The notes: generated by a model from the letters alone, not told the origin. A stretch of DNA of 64,000 nucleotides from Nannocystales bacterium (GCA_050633305.1 JBOEGF010000010.1:320001-384000), one strand, 5' to 3'; counted from the first letter of the stretch, positions 35,763 to 46,532 are shown. Made by a program: numbers and translations.

Positions 35763-37508
35763 ATGAGGGGCCGGTCGGTCTGGTGGCAGCTCGCGTGTGG
35801 GACCGCGCTGAGCCTTGCCCTCGTCGGTTGCAACGATTCGAGTGGGGGAGGCGACGACGATAGTGGGGGAACGGACACCGACGGAGGCACCGGCGTAGAC
35901 CCGACGATGTCCACTGGGTCCTCCTCCGGGGGATCGAGCTCGGGCGGCAGTGACGAGTCCTCGGGTTCGACCGGCGACCCTCCACCCGCCGACCCGATAC
36001 CGCCTCCGGGCGGCGTGCGACGACTGCTCGCGCCTCAATACGTCGGGAGTGTCCAGCTCCTGCTCGGCGATGCGGCGGCTCAGGCTGCTTCGCCTCCCGA
36101 AGACCCGGTCATCGGCAACTACGACGCGATGGGCACGTTGGTCTCCGCACCAGCGCCCGCAGACGTGGAGTTTTACGAAGGGTCGTCGACCGACATCGCG
36201 GCGGCCGTCGTCCTCGATCCCAGCACGCTCGCCCAGACGGTCCCCTGTGTAGTCGATGGTCCGTTCGACCTCGACTGCTACGATGACGTCGCGCGCAACT
36301 TCGGTCGCCTCGCGTGGCGACGCCCGCTGAACAACGCGGAACTCAACCGCCTCACCAACATCGCCGAGATGGCGCGAGAGTGGGACGACGGGGAGTTCAT
36401 GACCGGTGTGCAGTACATGCTGACGGCGATTCTCCAGTCGCCGAACTTCTTGTACATCGTCGAGGTCGGCGAGGAGGGGGGCGGCGACTTCCGAGAACTC
36501 GACGGCTACGAGATCGCAACTCGACTCTCGTTCTTTCTCACCGGTCGCACCCCCGATGCAGAGACTCTCGAGCTGGCCGCGAGCGGTGAGCTCGACTCGG
36601 ACGAAGGCGTGAGAGCCCTGGCCGAGTCGCTGCTCGATCAGCCTGCCGCGCGCGGTGCGGTCCGGGCGTTCTACGGCGAGTACCTCACCGTTCGGAACCT
36701 CCCCAGCAAGAGCAAGGACCAGGACCTGTTCCCCGAGTTCGGCGACGCGATCAAGGACGCCATGCTCGAGGAGACGATGCGTCTGATCGACGACGTCGTG
36801 TTCGACGCAGACGAGAGCGTGCTGACGCTCTTCGACAGTGACACCACGTTCGTCAACGACGACCTGGCCGCACTGTATGGGGTGGACGCGCCAGGTGGAG
36901 GTTGGGAGCGCGTGACGCTGCCGGCTTCGGAGGGTCGTTTGGGCGTGCTGACCCACGCTGGCTGGCTGGCGATGATGAGTCACCCCAACGTCAACTCGCC
37001 GACGCGTCGCGGCCTGTTCGTGATGGAGAAGTTGCTCTGCAACGAAATCCCGTTGCCGCCACCGCGCGTCAACCCCGAGCCTATTTTGCCGCAAGAGGGA
37101 CAGACGCTTCGCGAGACGCTGAGTCAGCACATGACCGACCCCGGATGCGCCTCCTGCCACGCCTTGATGGACCCGATCGGGTTCGCCTTCGAAAACTACG
37201 ACGCGACAGGGGCCTACCGGACGCTGGACAATGGCCAGCCTATCGATGCCTCAGGGGAGGTGGCCGGGATCGGAAGCTTCGAGGGGGCGGCCGAGCTGGC
37301 CACCATCATCGCAGCGGACGAGCGGCTTCCCGGTTGCATCGTCGACAACCTCTACACGCAAACCTTGGGATTCGTGCCCGGAGAAGGGCAGGAACCCGGA
37401 CTGGACGCGGTCACCACCACCTTCACCGCCGAGGGGCACCGCATGAAGCGGATGCTCATCGAGCTCACCACCAGCCCCATCTTCCGTCAGGTCGATCAAG
37501 CCAAGTAG
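35763..37508 (+). CDS. DUF1592/DUF1588-family lipoprotein with a CxxCH motif
   Basis: Lipobox LVG-C, VRRL, AWRRPL, ILQSPNFLY, EIATRLSFFL, SPTRRG and CASCHALMDPIGFAFENYD. Confidence 0.9.
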   Translation: MRGRSVWWQLACGTALSLALVGCNDSSGGGDDDSGGTDTDGGTGVDPTMSTGSSSGGSSSGGSDESSGSTGDPPPADPIPPPGGVRRLLAPQYVGSVQLLLGDAAAQAASPPEDPVIGNYDAMGTLVSAPAPADVEFYEGSSTDIAAAVVLDPSTLAQTVPCVVDGPFDLDCYDDVARNFGRLAWRRPLNNAELNRLTNIAEMAREWDDGEFMTGVQYMLTAILQSPNFLYIVEVGEEGGGDFRELDGYEIATRLSFFLTGRTPDAETLELAASGELDSDEGVRALAESLLDQPAARGAVRAFYGEYLTVRNLPSKSKDQDLFPEFGDAIKDAMLEETMRLIDDVVFDADESVLTLFDSDTTFVNDDLAALYGVDAPGGGWERVTLPASEGRLGVLTHAGWLAMMSHPNVNSPTRRGLFVMEKLLCNEIPLPPPRVNPEPILPQEGQTLRETLSQHMTDPGCASCHALMDPIGFAFENYDATGAYRTLDNGQPIDASGEVAGIGSFEGAAELATIIAADERLPGCIVDNLYTQTLGFVPGEGQEPGLDAVTTTFTAEGHRMKRMLIELTTSPIFRQVDQAK

Positions 37509-37517
37509 GAGGTCGCG

Positions 37518-38906
37518 ATGCACGTACTCGACAAGTTCAAGCTCAGCCGCCGTCATATGCTTCGTGGACTCCTCGGGGGGAGCGCGGTGGCCATCGGTCT
37601 TCCACCTCTCGAGGCCATGATGGGCCGCGGCCGGGTTGCGTCCGCCGGCGGCGAGTTGCCCAAGCGCTTCATCTCGTTCTTTTTCGGCAACGGGGTGCAA
37701 CTGCGCAACTTTGAGCCGGCCAATGCAGGTGCCGGATGGACACCCAGCGTTCAGCTGCAACCATTTGCGGACGCGGGCGTCAAAGACTTCGTCACGATCT
37801 GCAGCGGGATGCGCAACCACACGGAGTCCCAGCCGATCACACACCACGAAGGCATCACGGTGATGTCGGGGCACGATTACATCCCCTCGGATGCGGGTGG
37901 GTTTGCTTCGGACTGGGGCGGTCCGACGATCGATCAGGTGATCGCGGACATCATCGCCGAGCAGTCGCCCACTCCCGTGCGCTCGATGCAAGTGGGCGTG
38001 ACCAAGTTCGACAGTCCGGTCGACAACGGGACCGCGGCCAAGTCGTTGTCCGCACGAGGCACGAAGGGGGCTGTCACGGCCCTGTTCCCCCAGCAGAACC
38101 CCCGTACCGTCTGGTCCAGCCTGTTCGGAGAGTTCGAGGCGCCCAAGGACGACCGTGAGCTGCGCCTGTCTGTGCTCGATGCCGCGAAAGACGACATCTC
38201 CGCGCTCAACAAGCGGTTGGGCGCGCAAGACCGGCAGCGCTTCGAAGCGCACTTGGACAGCATCAACGAGCTGCAGAACAAGATCAGCGCGTTGCCGCCG
38301 ACGTGCGAACTTCCCAGCGACCCGCTGTTCGACAACGCCGAGGACAACGGACTGGAGCAGCTGTTCCAGACCAACCAGATCATGTCCGAGCTGATGGCGT
38401 ACGCGTTCGTCTGCGATGTGACACGCGTGGCTTCGAACCTCTTCTGCAGCGTTGCCAGTGAGGCGGTGTTCGGCGACGTCGACATCTCGTCGAGCACCCA
38501 TCACGGCCACAGTCACGCCAACGACGAGGGCTACAACCAGAACATCCAGTTCATCATGAGCTGCCTGGCACAGCTCTTGGTCACGCTGCGCGATACCGAG
38601 GACGCGGCCGGCGAGAGCTTGCTCGAGTCCACCTTGGTCTTCGCCAGCAGCGAGCTGTCCCAAGGGTACTCGCACAGCTGGCAGCGCCCCCCGATGATCA
38701 TCGGCGGCCACGGACGAAACCACATCCAATATCCGGGCGTGCACTACCAGGCCACGCCGCAGATGAACCAAAACGACGACCAGTCGGCCGCGGGTAACAC
38801 GACCGATGTCTTGCTGACCCTGGCGCGGGCGTTTGATCCGGAGATCCCGAGCATCGGTTCGGGCGCGATGATGTCGAACTCGGTGTTGTCCGAGATCATG
38901 GTGTAG
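37518..38906 (+). CDS. DUF1552 (HxxSH) family Tat-exported protein
   Basis: LSRRHMLRG Tat motif, LPPLEAM, PKRF, TIDQ, CDVTRV and HHGHSH; canonical partner of the upstream gene. Confidence 0.9.
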   Translation: MHVLDKFKLSRRHMLRGLLGGSAVAIGLPPLEAMMGRGRVASAGGELPKRFISFFFGNGVQLRNFEPANAGAGWTPSVQLQPFADAGVKDFVTICSGMRNHTESQPITHHEGITVMSGHDYIPSDAGGFASDWGGPTIDQVIADIIAEQSPTPVRSMQVGVTKFDSPVDNGTAAKSLSARGTKGAVTALFPQQNPRTVWSSLFGEFEAPKDDRELRLSVLDAAKDDISALNKRLGAQDRQRFEAHLDSINELQNKISALPPTCELPSDPLFDNAEDNGLEQLFQTNQIMSELMAYAFVCDVTRVASNLFCSVASEAVFGDVDISSSTHHGHSHANDEGYNQNIQFIMSCLAQLLVTLRDTEDAAGESLLESTLVFASSELSQGYSHSWQRPPMIIGGHGRNHIQYPGVHYQATPQMNQNDDQSAAGNTTDVLLTLARAFDPEIPSIGSGAMMSNSVLSEIMV

Positions 38907-39137
38907 CGCGGTCGGGGGTCGTTTCGAACTCAAGCTTCGGCGACCCATCGCGGGAACCGTTGCGTCCGTTCTTCGGTTGTGGATAGGCGATCCTTGGCAA
39001 CGGTGACGGGCGCGTGTCTGCGGCGCTCGTCGCTGTCGTCGTAGGTCCATCGGTCGGCGCCGTCGCAGCGACCGGCGAACGGGGCGGCCGACCGTCGAGG
39101 AGGCCTCGGTCGACCACTTGTCCCGATGTAACGGACT

Positions 39138-40733
39138 GTGGCGGTTGCGAAACAGCCACTGAAGCCCACGGAGGTGAACCCTAGGCTCCGTGAGATGATT
39201 CGGTCGAAGGAGAAGACGGGGCGTACCGCACCTGGGCCGGCCGGGCTGGTCACGCGCTGGTGTGGGGCTGGTCTTCCGACGCTCTGCGTTTGTACCGCTG
39301 TCGCTTGTGCCGGCCCCCCTACGGAGGTGGAGCCTTCGACCGGGGGCGCGGTGCCAGTGGTGGTGGACGAGGCGTGCCCGGGGACCGTTCCAGGCGTCTC
39401 GTTGCGCTGTGGCCGTCTCGAGGTCCCACAGGACTGGGATGATGCGGAGAGCCTACGGCTAGAGCTGCCGTTCATTGTGCTCGAGGCGGAGAGTCTCGGT
39501 GCGGCGATGTCTGACCCGATTCTGTACCTCGGCGGAGGTCCGGGGCCGTCCGGGCTCGAAGGACTCGCCGAGCTTTCCACGCTCACGGAACTTCGTGCGT
39601 CGCGGGACATCGTCATCCTCGAGTATCGCGGGAGTGGGGTGTCCAACCCCGCGCTTCCCTGCGCTCGGGTATCGAGCCTGGACTCTGAGACGTTGGGGGA
39701 CTGCTGGGACCGTGCATTCGAGGCTGGCCTCGACCCCACGTACTTCACCACCAAGAACGCCGCGATGGACCGGCGCGCGCTGAGGATCGGCTTGGGGATC
39801 CAGCAGTGGAACCTATGGGGTGCATCCTACGGAACTACGGTCGCGCAGCTCCTGTCGAAGATCGATGAAGACGGGACACGGAGCGTTACGCTCGATTCGC
39901 CGACCTCCCCCGCCGTAGAGATCGCCCGCGCGGACCTCGAGAGCAGGCTCGACGCGCTCACACGCGTCTTCTCGGCCTGCTACGCCGACAGTGCATGCGC
40001 AGACGGGATCGGTGACCTGCAGAGCTTGTTGACGGAAACCTTTCGGGCGCTGAACACGGAGCCTTGGCGGCATGAATCGCTCGCACTCACCGAGGCCGCG
40101 GGTCCGGTGATCGACGGACATGAGTTTCTCCGTCTGGTGACGAGCATCCACCACACGCTGGTCCCGGCTGTCGTTCACCGAGTCGGGTCGAAAGACCCCG
40201 AGGGGCTTGGCGCCGTGCTCGACGCAACGCCTCCTCCTCCACGGTCTCCCCCCTACCTCCGTGGATTCCCAGCCTACGAGGAACTCAGCAACCTCTCGTT
40301 CTCCGCCTCGGTCTATTGCGCGGAAGAAGCACCGTCGTACGACCTCGACCGGCGACCGCCGCGGACGCTCGCAGCGTGGCCAGACGACATCATCGCGAGC
40401 CCTTCAATCCACACAACGTGGGAGTTCTGCCGGAACTGGCCGGTCCCCGCCGTGCCGTCGGAGGACGTTGCCCTTGTCCGAAACGAGCTGCCGACACTCA
40501 TCCTCGCGGGCGAGTTCGACAGCCTCACGCCTGCGCAGCAGGGCCGTGTCGTTGCGGAAGGGCTTCCCAACTCGACGCTCGTCGAGGTTCCGAACACTGG
40601 ACACGGTGTCGTTGCCACCCAGCGATGTGGCGAGGAGTTGATGGCGCAGTTCTTGGAGGACCCCCGCGCGAGCCTCGACCGCACCTGTATCGACGAGATC
40701 CCTCCAACCAGGTTTGTCCGGACCAGACCCTGA
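39138..40733 (+). CDS. Exported alpha/beta hydrolase (S33/TAP-like); start uncertain, possibly 39195 or later
   Basis: CGRLEVP, GGGPG, RGSG, GASYG, GEFDSLTP and TGHG. Confidence 0.85.
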   Translation: MAVAKQPLKPTEVNPRLREMIRSKEKTGRTAPGPAGLVTRWCGAGLPTLCVCTAVACAGPPTEVEPSTGGAVPVVVDEACPGTVPGVSLRCGRLEVPQDWDDAESLRLELPFIVLEAESLGAAMSDPILYLGGGPGPSGLEGLAELSTLTELRASRDIVILEYRGSGVSNPALPCARVSSLDSETLGDCWDRAFEAGLDPTYFTTKNAAMDRRALRIGLGIQQWNLWGASYGTTVAQLLSKIDEDGTRSVTLDSPTSPAVEIARADLESRLDALTRVFSACYADSACADGIGDLQSLLTETFRALNTEPWRHESLALTEAAGPVIDGHEFLRLVTSIHHTLVPAVVHRVGSKDPEGLGAVLDATPPPPRSPPYLRGFPAYEELSNLSFSASVYCAEEAPSYDLDRRPPRTLAAWPDDIIASPSIHTTWEFCRNWPVPAVPSEDVALVRNELPTLILAGEFDSLTPAQQGRVVAEGLPNSTLVEVPNTGHGVVATQRCGEELMAQFLEDPRASLDRTCIDEIPPTRFVRTRP

Positions 40734-40745
40734 ACCAAGGAAAGA

Positions 40746-42290
40746 ATGAGAAACCAGAACCGTAGTTACCCCTGGAGTTGTTCCCGCTATTGCGCCGCCT
40801 TCGCGGCGGTGCTGCCCTGGTTGGGCGCATGCGACGATTCTCCCCCTGGGCCACCAGTGGACGTCTTCGAGACCTACTCGTCGATTGAATCGGCCCCATG
40901 CTTGGCGAATATCACAGGTGCGGAGCAGGAGTGCTTCACGCTCACCGTCCCGGCAGACTGGGACAACCCGAGCCTCGAGGCTACGGTCGAAATCCACGCG
41001 ACGGTTGTCCGGACCAGCCAGACGCCTCAAGACACGACGCCAGTGGTCTATCTCCCAGGCGGGCCAGGCGGAGACCTACCCACGGACTTGACCGATGGGG
41101 CGGAGTTCATCAACCTGCTCGTCAGCGAGCGGCCTTTCGTGTTCTTCACACCGCGCGGTACGGTGGGCTCTCTGCCGAGCTTGGAATGCCCCGACATCGA
41201 AGCGGACAGTGAACTCCTCGGCGGCGCCGCTTGCATCGCAGAGCTTCGGGCAGCCGGTCAGGACCTTTCCGTCTTTACTTCGATGCAGAGTCGGCATGAC
41301 GTCGAGGCGCTCCGGCGGAACCTCGAGTACGAGCGCTGGCATGTCCTTGGCGAGTCCTACGGGACGGTGCTCGCCCAGTTGGTGATGGACTCCTACCCCG
41401 AGGGGATCGAATCCGTGGTGTTGGCATCGGTCGCGAAGTTGGACCCCGCGTCGTTCTTTTCGTTCGCGAAGAACATTCGAAGTCAGGTCGAAGCCTACTT
41501 CGAGGCCTGCGAGGCGGATGCGATGTGCACTGCGGCGTACCCGGAATTTCGGACTCGCTTCCTTGCGCTGCTGTCGACGCTCGACGAGGACCCGCTCCAG
41601 CTGCCGCTCCCGCAGGGGCAGTTTGTCCCCGGGCCGGATGGAGAGCTGGTGAACTACGTGACGCTGGATGCTTCGTGGCTTGTCTACACGGCGGCCGGGG
41701 AGTTGGCGCTCTCCGCGGAGACCATCGGGTTCATGCCTCGGCTTGTGGACGAGCTCGAACGAGGGGACACGACAACAGCGGCGGAGGTTCCGGCCGCGGA
41801 TATCTACCCCGAGCCACAACCGGGGGAGCCGAGCATCGCCGGGGCCGTCCGCGGCACCCTGGACGCCGGAGGATTCATCCTTCAGTGCAACGACACGTTC
41901 TCAGCGCTGTCCGCCTCGGGCGTCGTCCCGAACTTGGATGACCCGGTCGAGGCCGCACTCGCGGACCTGCCGGGGACGAGCTACGAGGAGTGGGCGGCGG
42001 TGTGTGATGAACTCGCGGATGGAGGTGGCCTCTCGATTCCGGCAGCCCCGGTCGAGTCATCACTCCCCACACTGCTACTCGGCGGCGCGTTTGACGATGC
42101 GACCCCGGCCCACTTCGCTGACGTGGTTGCGAGTCGGCTCTCGCGTGAGACGATCGTTGTCTCCCCAACCAGCGCTCATGGTGTGCTCTTCACGGAGTGT
42201 GGGCTCACGGCTGCGCTCACACACTTCCGAGAGCCCGGTGCTGTGGCGGCGGAGGCGTGTGACTCGGACGGTCCGATCACCTGGCACTGA
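40746..42290 (+). CDS. Lipoprotein alpha/beta hydrolase (S33/TAP-like), tandem paralogue
   Basis: Lipobox WLGA-C, GGPG, GESYG, GAFDDATP and SAHG. Confidence 0.87.
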   Translation: MRNQNRSYPWSCSRYCAAFAAVLPWLGACDDSPPGPPVDVFETYSSIESAPCLANITGAEQECFTLTVPADWDNPSLEATVEIHATVVRTSQTPQDTTPVVYLPGGPGGDLPTDLTDGAEFINLLVSERPFVFFTPRGTVGSLPSLECPDIEADSELLGGAACIAELRAAGQDLSVFTSMQSRHDVEALRRNLEYERWHVLGESYGTVLAQLVMDSYPEGIESVVLASVAKLDPASFFSFAKNIRSQVEAYFEACEADAMCTAAYPEFRTRFLALLSTLDEDPLQLPLPQGQFVPGPDGELVNYVTLDASWLVYTAAGELALSAETIGFMPRLVDELERGDTTTAAEVPAADIYPEPQPGEPSIAGAVRGTLDAGGFILQCNDTFSALSASGVVPNLDDPVEAALADLPGTSYEEWAAVCDELADGGGLSIPAAPVESSLPTLLLGGAFDDATPAHFADVVASRLSRETIVVSPTSAHGVLFTECGLTAALTHFREPGAVAAEACDSDGPITWH

Positions 42291-43638
42291 CGCGTCCCTG
42301 ACGGACGCCCGCGAAAGCGAGTCCAAACAGAGCGAAAAAACCGGCCCCGGTGTTGCGCGACCCCCCGACCGAACAACCTTCAGACCCGTTTGGGGGGCTG
42401 TTTTGGCCCGGGTCCGTGGCGGTATCGTCGGTCTCGGAGACCGGCGGCGGCTCTCCACTGGAGCTTCCGTCGGTGTCGGCTGTGACCTCGGTCGGTGTCA
42501 GCTCGGCCTCAATGCTGAAGGCGAAGGGTTCGGGGGAGATCGTTTCGGGGGACAGCGCGACCATCACATCGTGGCTTCCATCGAAGTCCGACAAGACCAG
42601 CTCGACCACTCCGTCGTCGCCGGATTGCGCGCCGACGTAGTCCTCGACCGATGCGCCCGGCACCGCGTTCTCAACCCGGGCGAGCGCCCCCTGCCATCGG
42701 ATGCTCTCGTCACCGAGAATACGAACCACCAAGTCGGAGTCCGGCTGCCCCAGTCCTTTGGGGACCCGGAAGAAAGTGATGCCGAGGCCCTCTGGGAAGT
42801 AGACGTCGGGAGGCGTCGCTGCGCCGGGAAGCGTGTCGAAGTCGAGGTGGGCGGGGAGCTGCGAGACCTCGGCGCCGATACTCAGATCGACGGTGCTGAC
42901 GTGCGCCATGTAGTCCGGCCAGAAAGTGTCGAAGCTGATGCCGATACCTTCGATCGCATCTCGAAAGAAGATCGGGTCTTCACCCTGCATCGAGCCCCAT
43001 TCCCACGTCTCACGCACGGTGTCCGGACCGCCGTAGTACTCGTCGATGAACATCGCGAGCACGGCGGTGCCGTACAGGTGCCCGGTTCGGTCTCCTGCGA
43101 TGAACTCGGAAAACTTGTGGTGCAACTGCCACTGCGGGTTGCCCAGGTAGGTCTCGACGACGGAGACGGTGCCCTGGACAGGCTGCAGCCGGTAAGACAT
43201 GTACTCGGCGGTGCCCTCCATCCACCAAGCCCACGCCGAAAGGCTCACACCAAAGGGCCCGGTGATGCCGTACTGAAACGCGTGCCCGAGCTCGTGTGCC
43301 GTGGTGTTGAGGTGGTTGCCGGAGGTGAAGGCCGGCTCGTAGACCGAACACCGTGGAAGGTCTATGCCGTCGCATTCGACGGTGATGCATCGCCCGAACG
43401 CGGAGTCGTCCGTGAAATCTGCGATGACGGAGAATGGTCCCGGAGGCGCGGGCCAGTTGAAGGTCTCCACATAGTCGTTCCAAGCCGCATCGGCCTCATC
43501 CACAACGGCCTGCGCGGTGGCCTGCGAGATGTTCTCGTCGTACTCCACCCATACGTGCTCGCCTTCGATCTGTTCGGGTTGAGAAAACCCGTAGCAGGGC
43601 TCGGCGGCGAAGAGTGCAGTTGTGAGCAGCAGGAACAC
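42277..43638 (-). CDS. Secreted zincin-like metallopeptidase with a MYXO-CTERM-type tail
   Basis: TAHELGHAFQY (HExxH) plus WWMEGTAEY; C-terminus GCSVGG...FFALFGLAFAGVRQGR. Confidence 0.8.
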   Translation of the reverse strand: MFLLLTTALFAAEPCYGFSQPEQIEGEHVWVEYDENISQATAQAVVDEADAAWNDYVETFNWPAPPGPFSVIADFTDDSAFGRCITVECDGIDLPRCSVYEPAFTSGNHLNTTAHELGHAFQYGITGPFGVSLSAWAWWMEGTAEYMSYRLQPVQGTVSVVETYLGNPQWQLHHKFSEFIAGDRTGHLYGTAVLAMFIDEYYGGPDTVRETWEWGSMQGEDPIFFRDAIEGIGISFDTFWPDYMAHVSTVDLSIGAEVSQLPAHLDFDTLPGAATPPDVYFPEGLGITFFRVPKGLGQPDSDLVVRILGDESIRWQGALARVENAVPGASVEDYVGAQSGDDGVVELVLSDFDGSHDVMVALSPETISPEPFAFSIEAELTPTEVTADTDGSSSGEPPPVSETDDTATDPGQNSPPNGSEGCSVGGSRNTGAGFFALFGLAFAGVRQGRVSAR

Positions 43639-43705
43639 TGCGGGTAGTGCAGCCTAGATTGGCGAATCACTCAAGCTGCGACTTCAACGCCGGGGTTGGC
43701 CCGCT

Positions 43706-44647
43706 CTAACCCCCGGTGGCCACAGCGGCTTGTTGTTGTTTCTGTTTGCGGGCTACGACGACCGAGACGATGCTCATCAGCACGAAGATGAACCCGACCA
43801 GGCCGATGCCGAGGTAAAGATCCAGCGAGGTGTCGGCCTGGTACTCGATCTCGACGGAGTCCTCTGCGAGGTCGATGCCGTTGTTGTTGCGCAGATAGTC
43901 GGCCTCATCGGTGGGGAGCCCTTCCCACATCACGGTTCGAAGGACCCCATCGACTCCAGTCGCGGGGTCGAGCCCCGCGGCTTCGGCTGCGCTCAGCTCG
44001 TGGGTCTTGAGCACGACATGGACCGGGTCGCCGGTCTCCCAGTCTTCGGGGACCAAGGGGATGGCCCACTCAATTGTGGTGCTGCCTTCGGACGTCGTCT
44101 CGATCTGCAGCGCCGCATCGATCAGGAACTGTCCCTCCTTCACCGTGACGTTCCGGCTCTCGGGAGAAAACTCGGCGTCGCCAAGCTGGGCGACGGTGAC
44201 TTCGGCGTGGCCGCTGTCGATTCCGTGGATGATCCACGGGAGGACCATCACCAGTGTGCCCAATGTAAAGAGGGCGGTCATGACGACGGGGATGATCGCC
44301 GAGATGTTGGTGGCCCCCATCATCCGGTGGGCGGTCTGGGAATCGTATCGGCGTAGGTCGGTCTCCGGACGGTAGTGCGCGATCGTGTCGACGAACCGGC
44401 GGAACTCCGGGTCGCCCATGTTGGCGTTGGCCCGATAGATCTTCGTCTTCCCCGGGGCGGTCTCGTGGCAGATGAGGACCTCTTCGGCTTGATCGCCGTG
44501 GCGGACGACGTACACGTGTTTGATCGCAGCCAACGTCGTGTTCAGCTTCCGCAGGCCCATGGTCACCTGCACCCCGCCGTTGCCGTCGATGACGGCGGAG
44601 ACGCCGATGACCATGTACTTGAAGTTGAACTGCTGCGGCTGCACCAC
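43706..44647 (-). CDS. Hypothetical membrane protein (2 TM helices)
   Basis: Only the 3' part of ORF 43706..45817 looks coding, with two hydrophobic helices flanking an acidic loop. The GTG start is approximate. Confidence 0.72.
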   Translation of the reverse strand: MVQPQQFNFKYMVIGVSAVIDGNGGVQVTMGLRKLNTTLAAIKHVYVVRHGDQAEEVLICHETAPGKTKIYRANANMGDPEFRRFVDTIAHYRPETDLRRYDSQTAHRMMGATNISAIIPVVMTALFTLGTLVMVLPWIIHGIDSGHAEVTVAQLGDAEFSPESRNVTVKEGQFLIDAALQIETTSEGSTTIEWAIPLVPEDWETGDPVHVVLKTHELSAAEAAGLDPATGVDGVLRTVMWEGLPTDEADYLRNNNGIDLAEDSVEIEYQADTSLDLYLGIGLVGFIFVLMSIVSVVVARKQKQQQAAVATGG

Positions 44648-44771
44648 GCTCGACGGTACCGAACACCGAGGGCGATGAGGAGGCCCGATTCCGCTCACTC
44701 GGCGGTCGAAGTGGCCCCGGTGTTGTCGCGGTCGTCCACGCGAACCGGACTCGACGCGGTACGATCTCCGC

Positions 44772-46532
44772 ATGATGCGGACTTGGGGATGGATGCTCGG
44801 GCTTGCCGTGGTGGGGTGTGGGGGCTCCGTTGCCGCGGACACAGATACCGATACTGAAGGGGGGATGGGCACGGACGACTCGACCGCCGGGACAAACCCG
44901 ACCGGGATGGTGACCGTGACCAGCGGTTCAACCGGGACCCCCGAGGGGTCGACGACAAACGCAGAGACCGGGGCGACGACGGCGGTCGACGGGTCCAGCT
45001 CCGGCGGCGTGTTGTCGGTCACGGTGAGCGGGGTCGTGTCGGGACTCAACGGATCGATCACGCTCCAGAACAACGAGGGCGACGAGCTCACCCTGGAGGC
45101 GGACGGACCGTTCACATTCGAGACTCCACTCGAGGTCGGGGAGTCGTACTCGGTGACCGCATCCGAGATCCCCGGCGTGCAGTTGTGCGTTGTTGACCGC
45201 GCGGAGGGGAATGCCGACGAGGATGTCGCGGACGTGGCCGTCCGGTGCGGAAACAAAGCGATCTTCGACGGTCGCACGCAGGCAGACGGCTCCGAGCCCT
45301 GGATCACGGACGGCACGGACGCGGGCACATTCATGCTGGCTGACGTGAACGTTGGCGGTGGGAGCTCCGACCCGTTGTTTGTCGCCGGGGTTGGCGGCCG
45401 ACTCCTGTTTAGCGCCCGTACGAGCGCGACCGGAACCGAGCTGTGGAGTACGGACGGAACGCCTGAGGGCACGGTGATGCTGGAGGAGATCGAGTCCGGC
45501 CCGGTAAGCTCGGGGGCGGTGACGGCTGGGGTGCTCGACGGCTTGTTATACCTGCAGGTTCGAGGAGCGCTTTGGGTCACGGACGGACAGCCCGGAGGGG
45601 TCATGGAGCAGTTCTTCGACCCCGAGCCGTCGACGCAAAACAACATCTCCGGTGCGGCGGTGCTGGGCGACCTCATCATCTTCCAGGCCCAGCTGGCGGG
45701 TGATCGGGAACCATGGGTGACCGATGGAACCGAGGGGGGGACGATGCTGCTGGCGGATCTCAACACAGAAGGCAGCTCGGAGCCGGCCTTCTTCCGAAAA
45801 GCACTCGGTGGCCTCATCTACTTCACGGCGCTCACCGAGGACGGCCGTGAGGTCTGGGCGACCGATGGTACGGCCGCAGGAACGCTACAGGTCCTGGATG
45901 CGCAGCCGGGGCCGGCGGGGTCCAGCCCGGTGATCTCCGGGTCGCTCGGTGACCAGGTCCTGTTTAGTGCTTCGGTGCCCGGGCAGCTTTCCGAGCCCTT
46001 CATCTCCGACGGGACGCCGAGGGGGACCGTGTCCCTCGGAGACCTCAACCCCAACGGAAACTCGGAGGCGTTTGGCTTCACAACGGTCGGTTCGGCTGCG
46101 GTCTTTCGGGCCACCGACGGCATGCTCGGCCGGGAACTCTGGGTTACGGACGGAACTCCGGAGGGGACCGAACTCCTTGTGGATATCGACGAAGGCGGGG
46201 TGACCGGGTTTGATAGCGGCGCTTTGTACGTCCCTGCGAACCCCAGCCTCGATGGCGACCCGTGGGTGGTGTTTGCGGCGAACAACGGGGAGGATGGGCT
46301 CGAGTTGTGGGCCACGGATGGCACCGCCGAAGGGACGCAGATGTTGCTCGACGTTTCCCCGGGTCCCAGCTGGAGCTCCCCGGAACAGCTTCAGCCCGTG
46401 GGTCCGGACCTCCTGTTCTTCTTCGCAAGCTCGCTTGAGGAGGGCTGCGAACCCTTCGTGACCGATGGGACGCCCGGCGGCACCGTCGCCCTGCCACCGG
46501 TATTTCCCGGTCCCGGCGATGGTTGCGGCTGA
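44772..46532 (+). CDS. ELWxxDGT-repeat lipoprotein (beta-propeller-like)
   Basis: Lipobox AVVG-C, Thr/Ser linker, an Ig-like segment, and about 9 repeats of E[LP]WxTDGTxxGT. Confidence 0.92.
   Translation: MMRTWGWMLGLAVVGCGGSVAADTDTDTEGGMGTDDSTAGTNPTGMVTVTSGSTGTPEGSTTNAETGATTAVDGSSSGGVLSVTVSGVVSGLNGSITLQNNEGDELTLEADGPFTFETPLEVGESYSVTASEIPGVQLCVVDRAEGNADEDVADVAVRCGNKAIFDGRTQADGSEPWITDGTDAGTFMLADVNVGGGSSDPLFVAGVGGRLLFSARTSATGTELWSTDGTPEGTVMLEEIESGPVSSGAVTAGVLDGLLYLQVRGALWVTDGQPGGVMEQFFDPEPSTQNNISGAAVLGDLIIFQAQLAGDREPWVTDGTEGGTMLLADLNTEGSSEPAFFRKALGGLIYFTALTEDGREVWATDGTAAGTLQVLDAQPGPAGSSPVISGSLGDQVLFSASVPGQLSEPFISDGTPRGTVSLGDLNPNGNSEAFGFTTVGSAAVFRATDGMLGRELWVTDGTPEGTELLVDIDEGGVTGFDSGALYVPANPSLDGDPWVVFAANNGEDGLELWATDGTAEGTQMLLDVSPGPSWSSPEQLQPVGPDLLFFFASSLEEGCEPFVTDGTPGGTVALPPVFPGPGDGCG

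Noticed and set aside
44648..45817. Upstream half of ORF 43706..45817
   Set aside because: Antisense to the ELWxxDGT gene; only the 3' membrane-protein part is credible.
45290..46490. Regularly spaced repeats resembling a CRISPR array
   Set aside because: Degenerate coding repeats (ELWxxDGT), not identical DNA repeats, and there are no cas genes.
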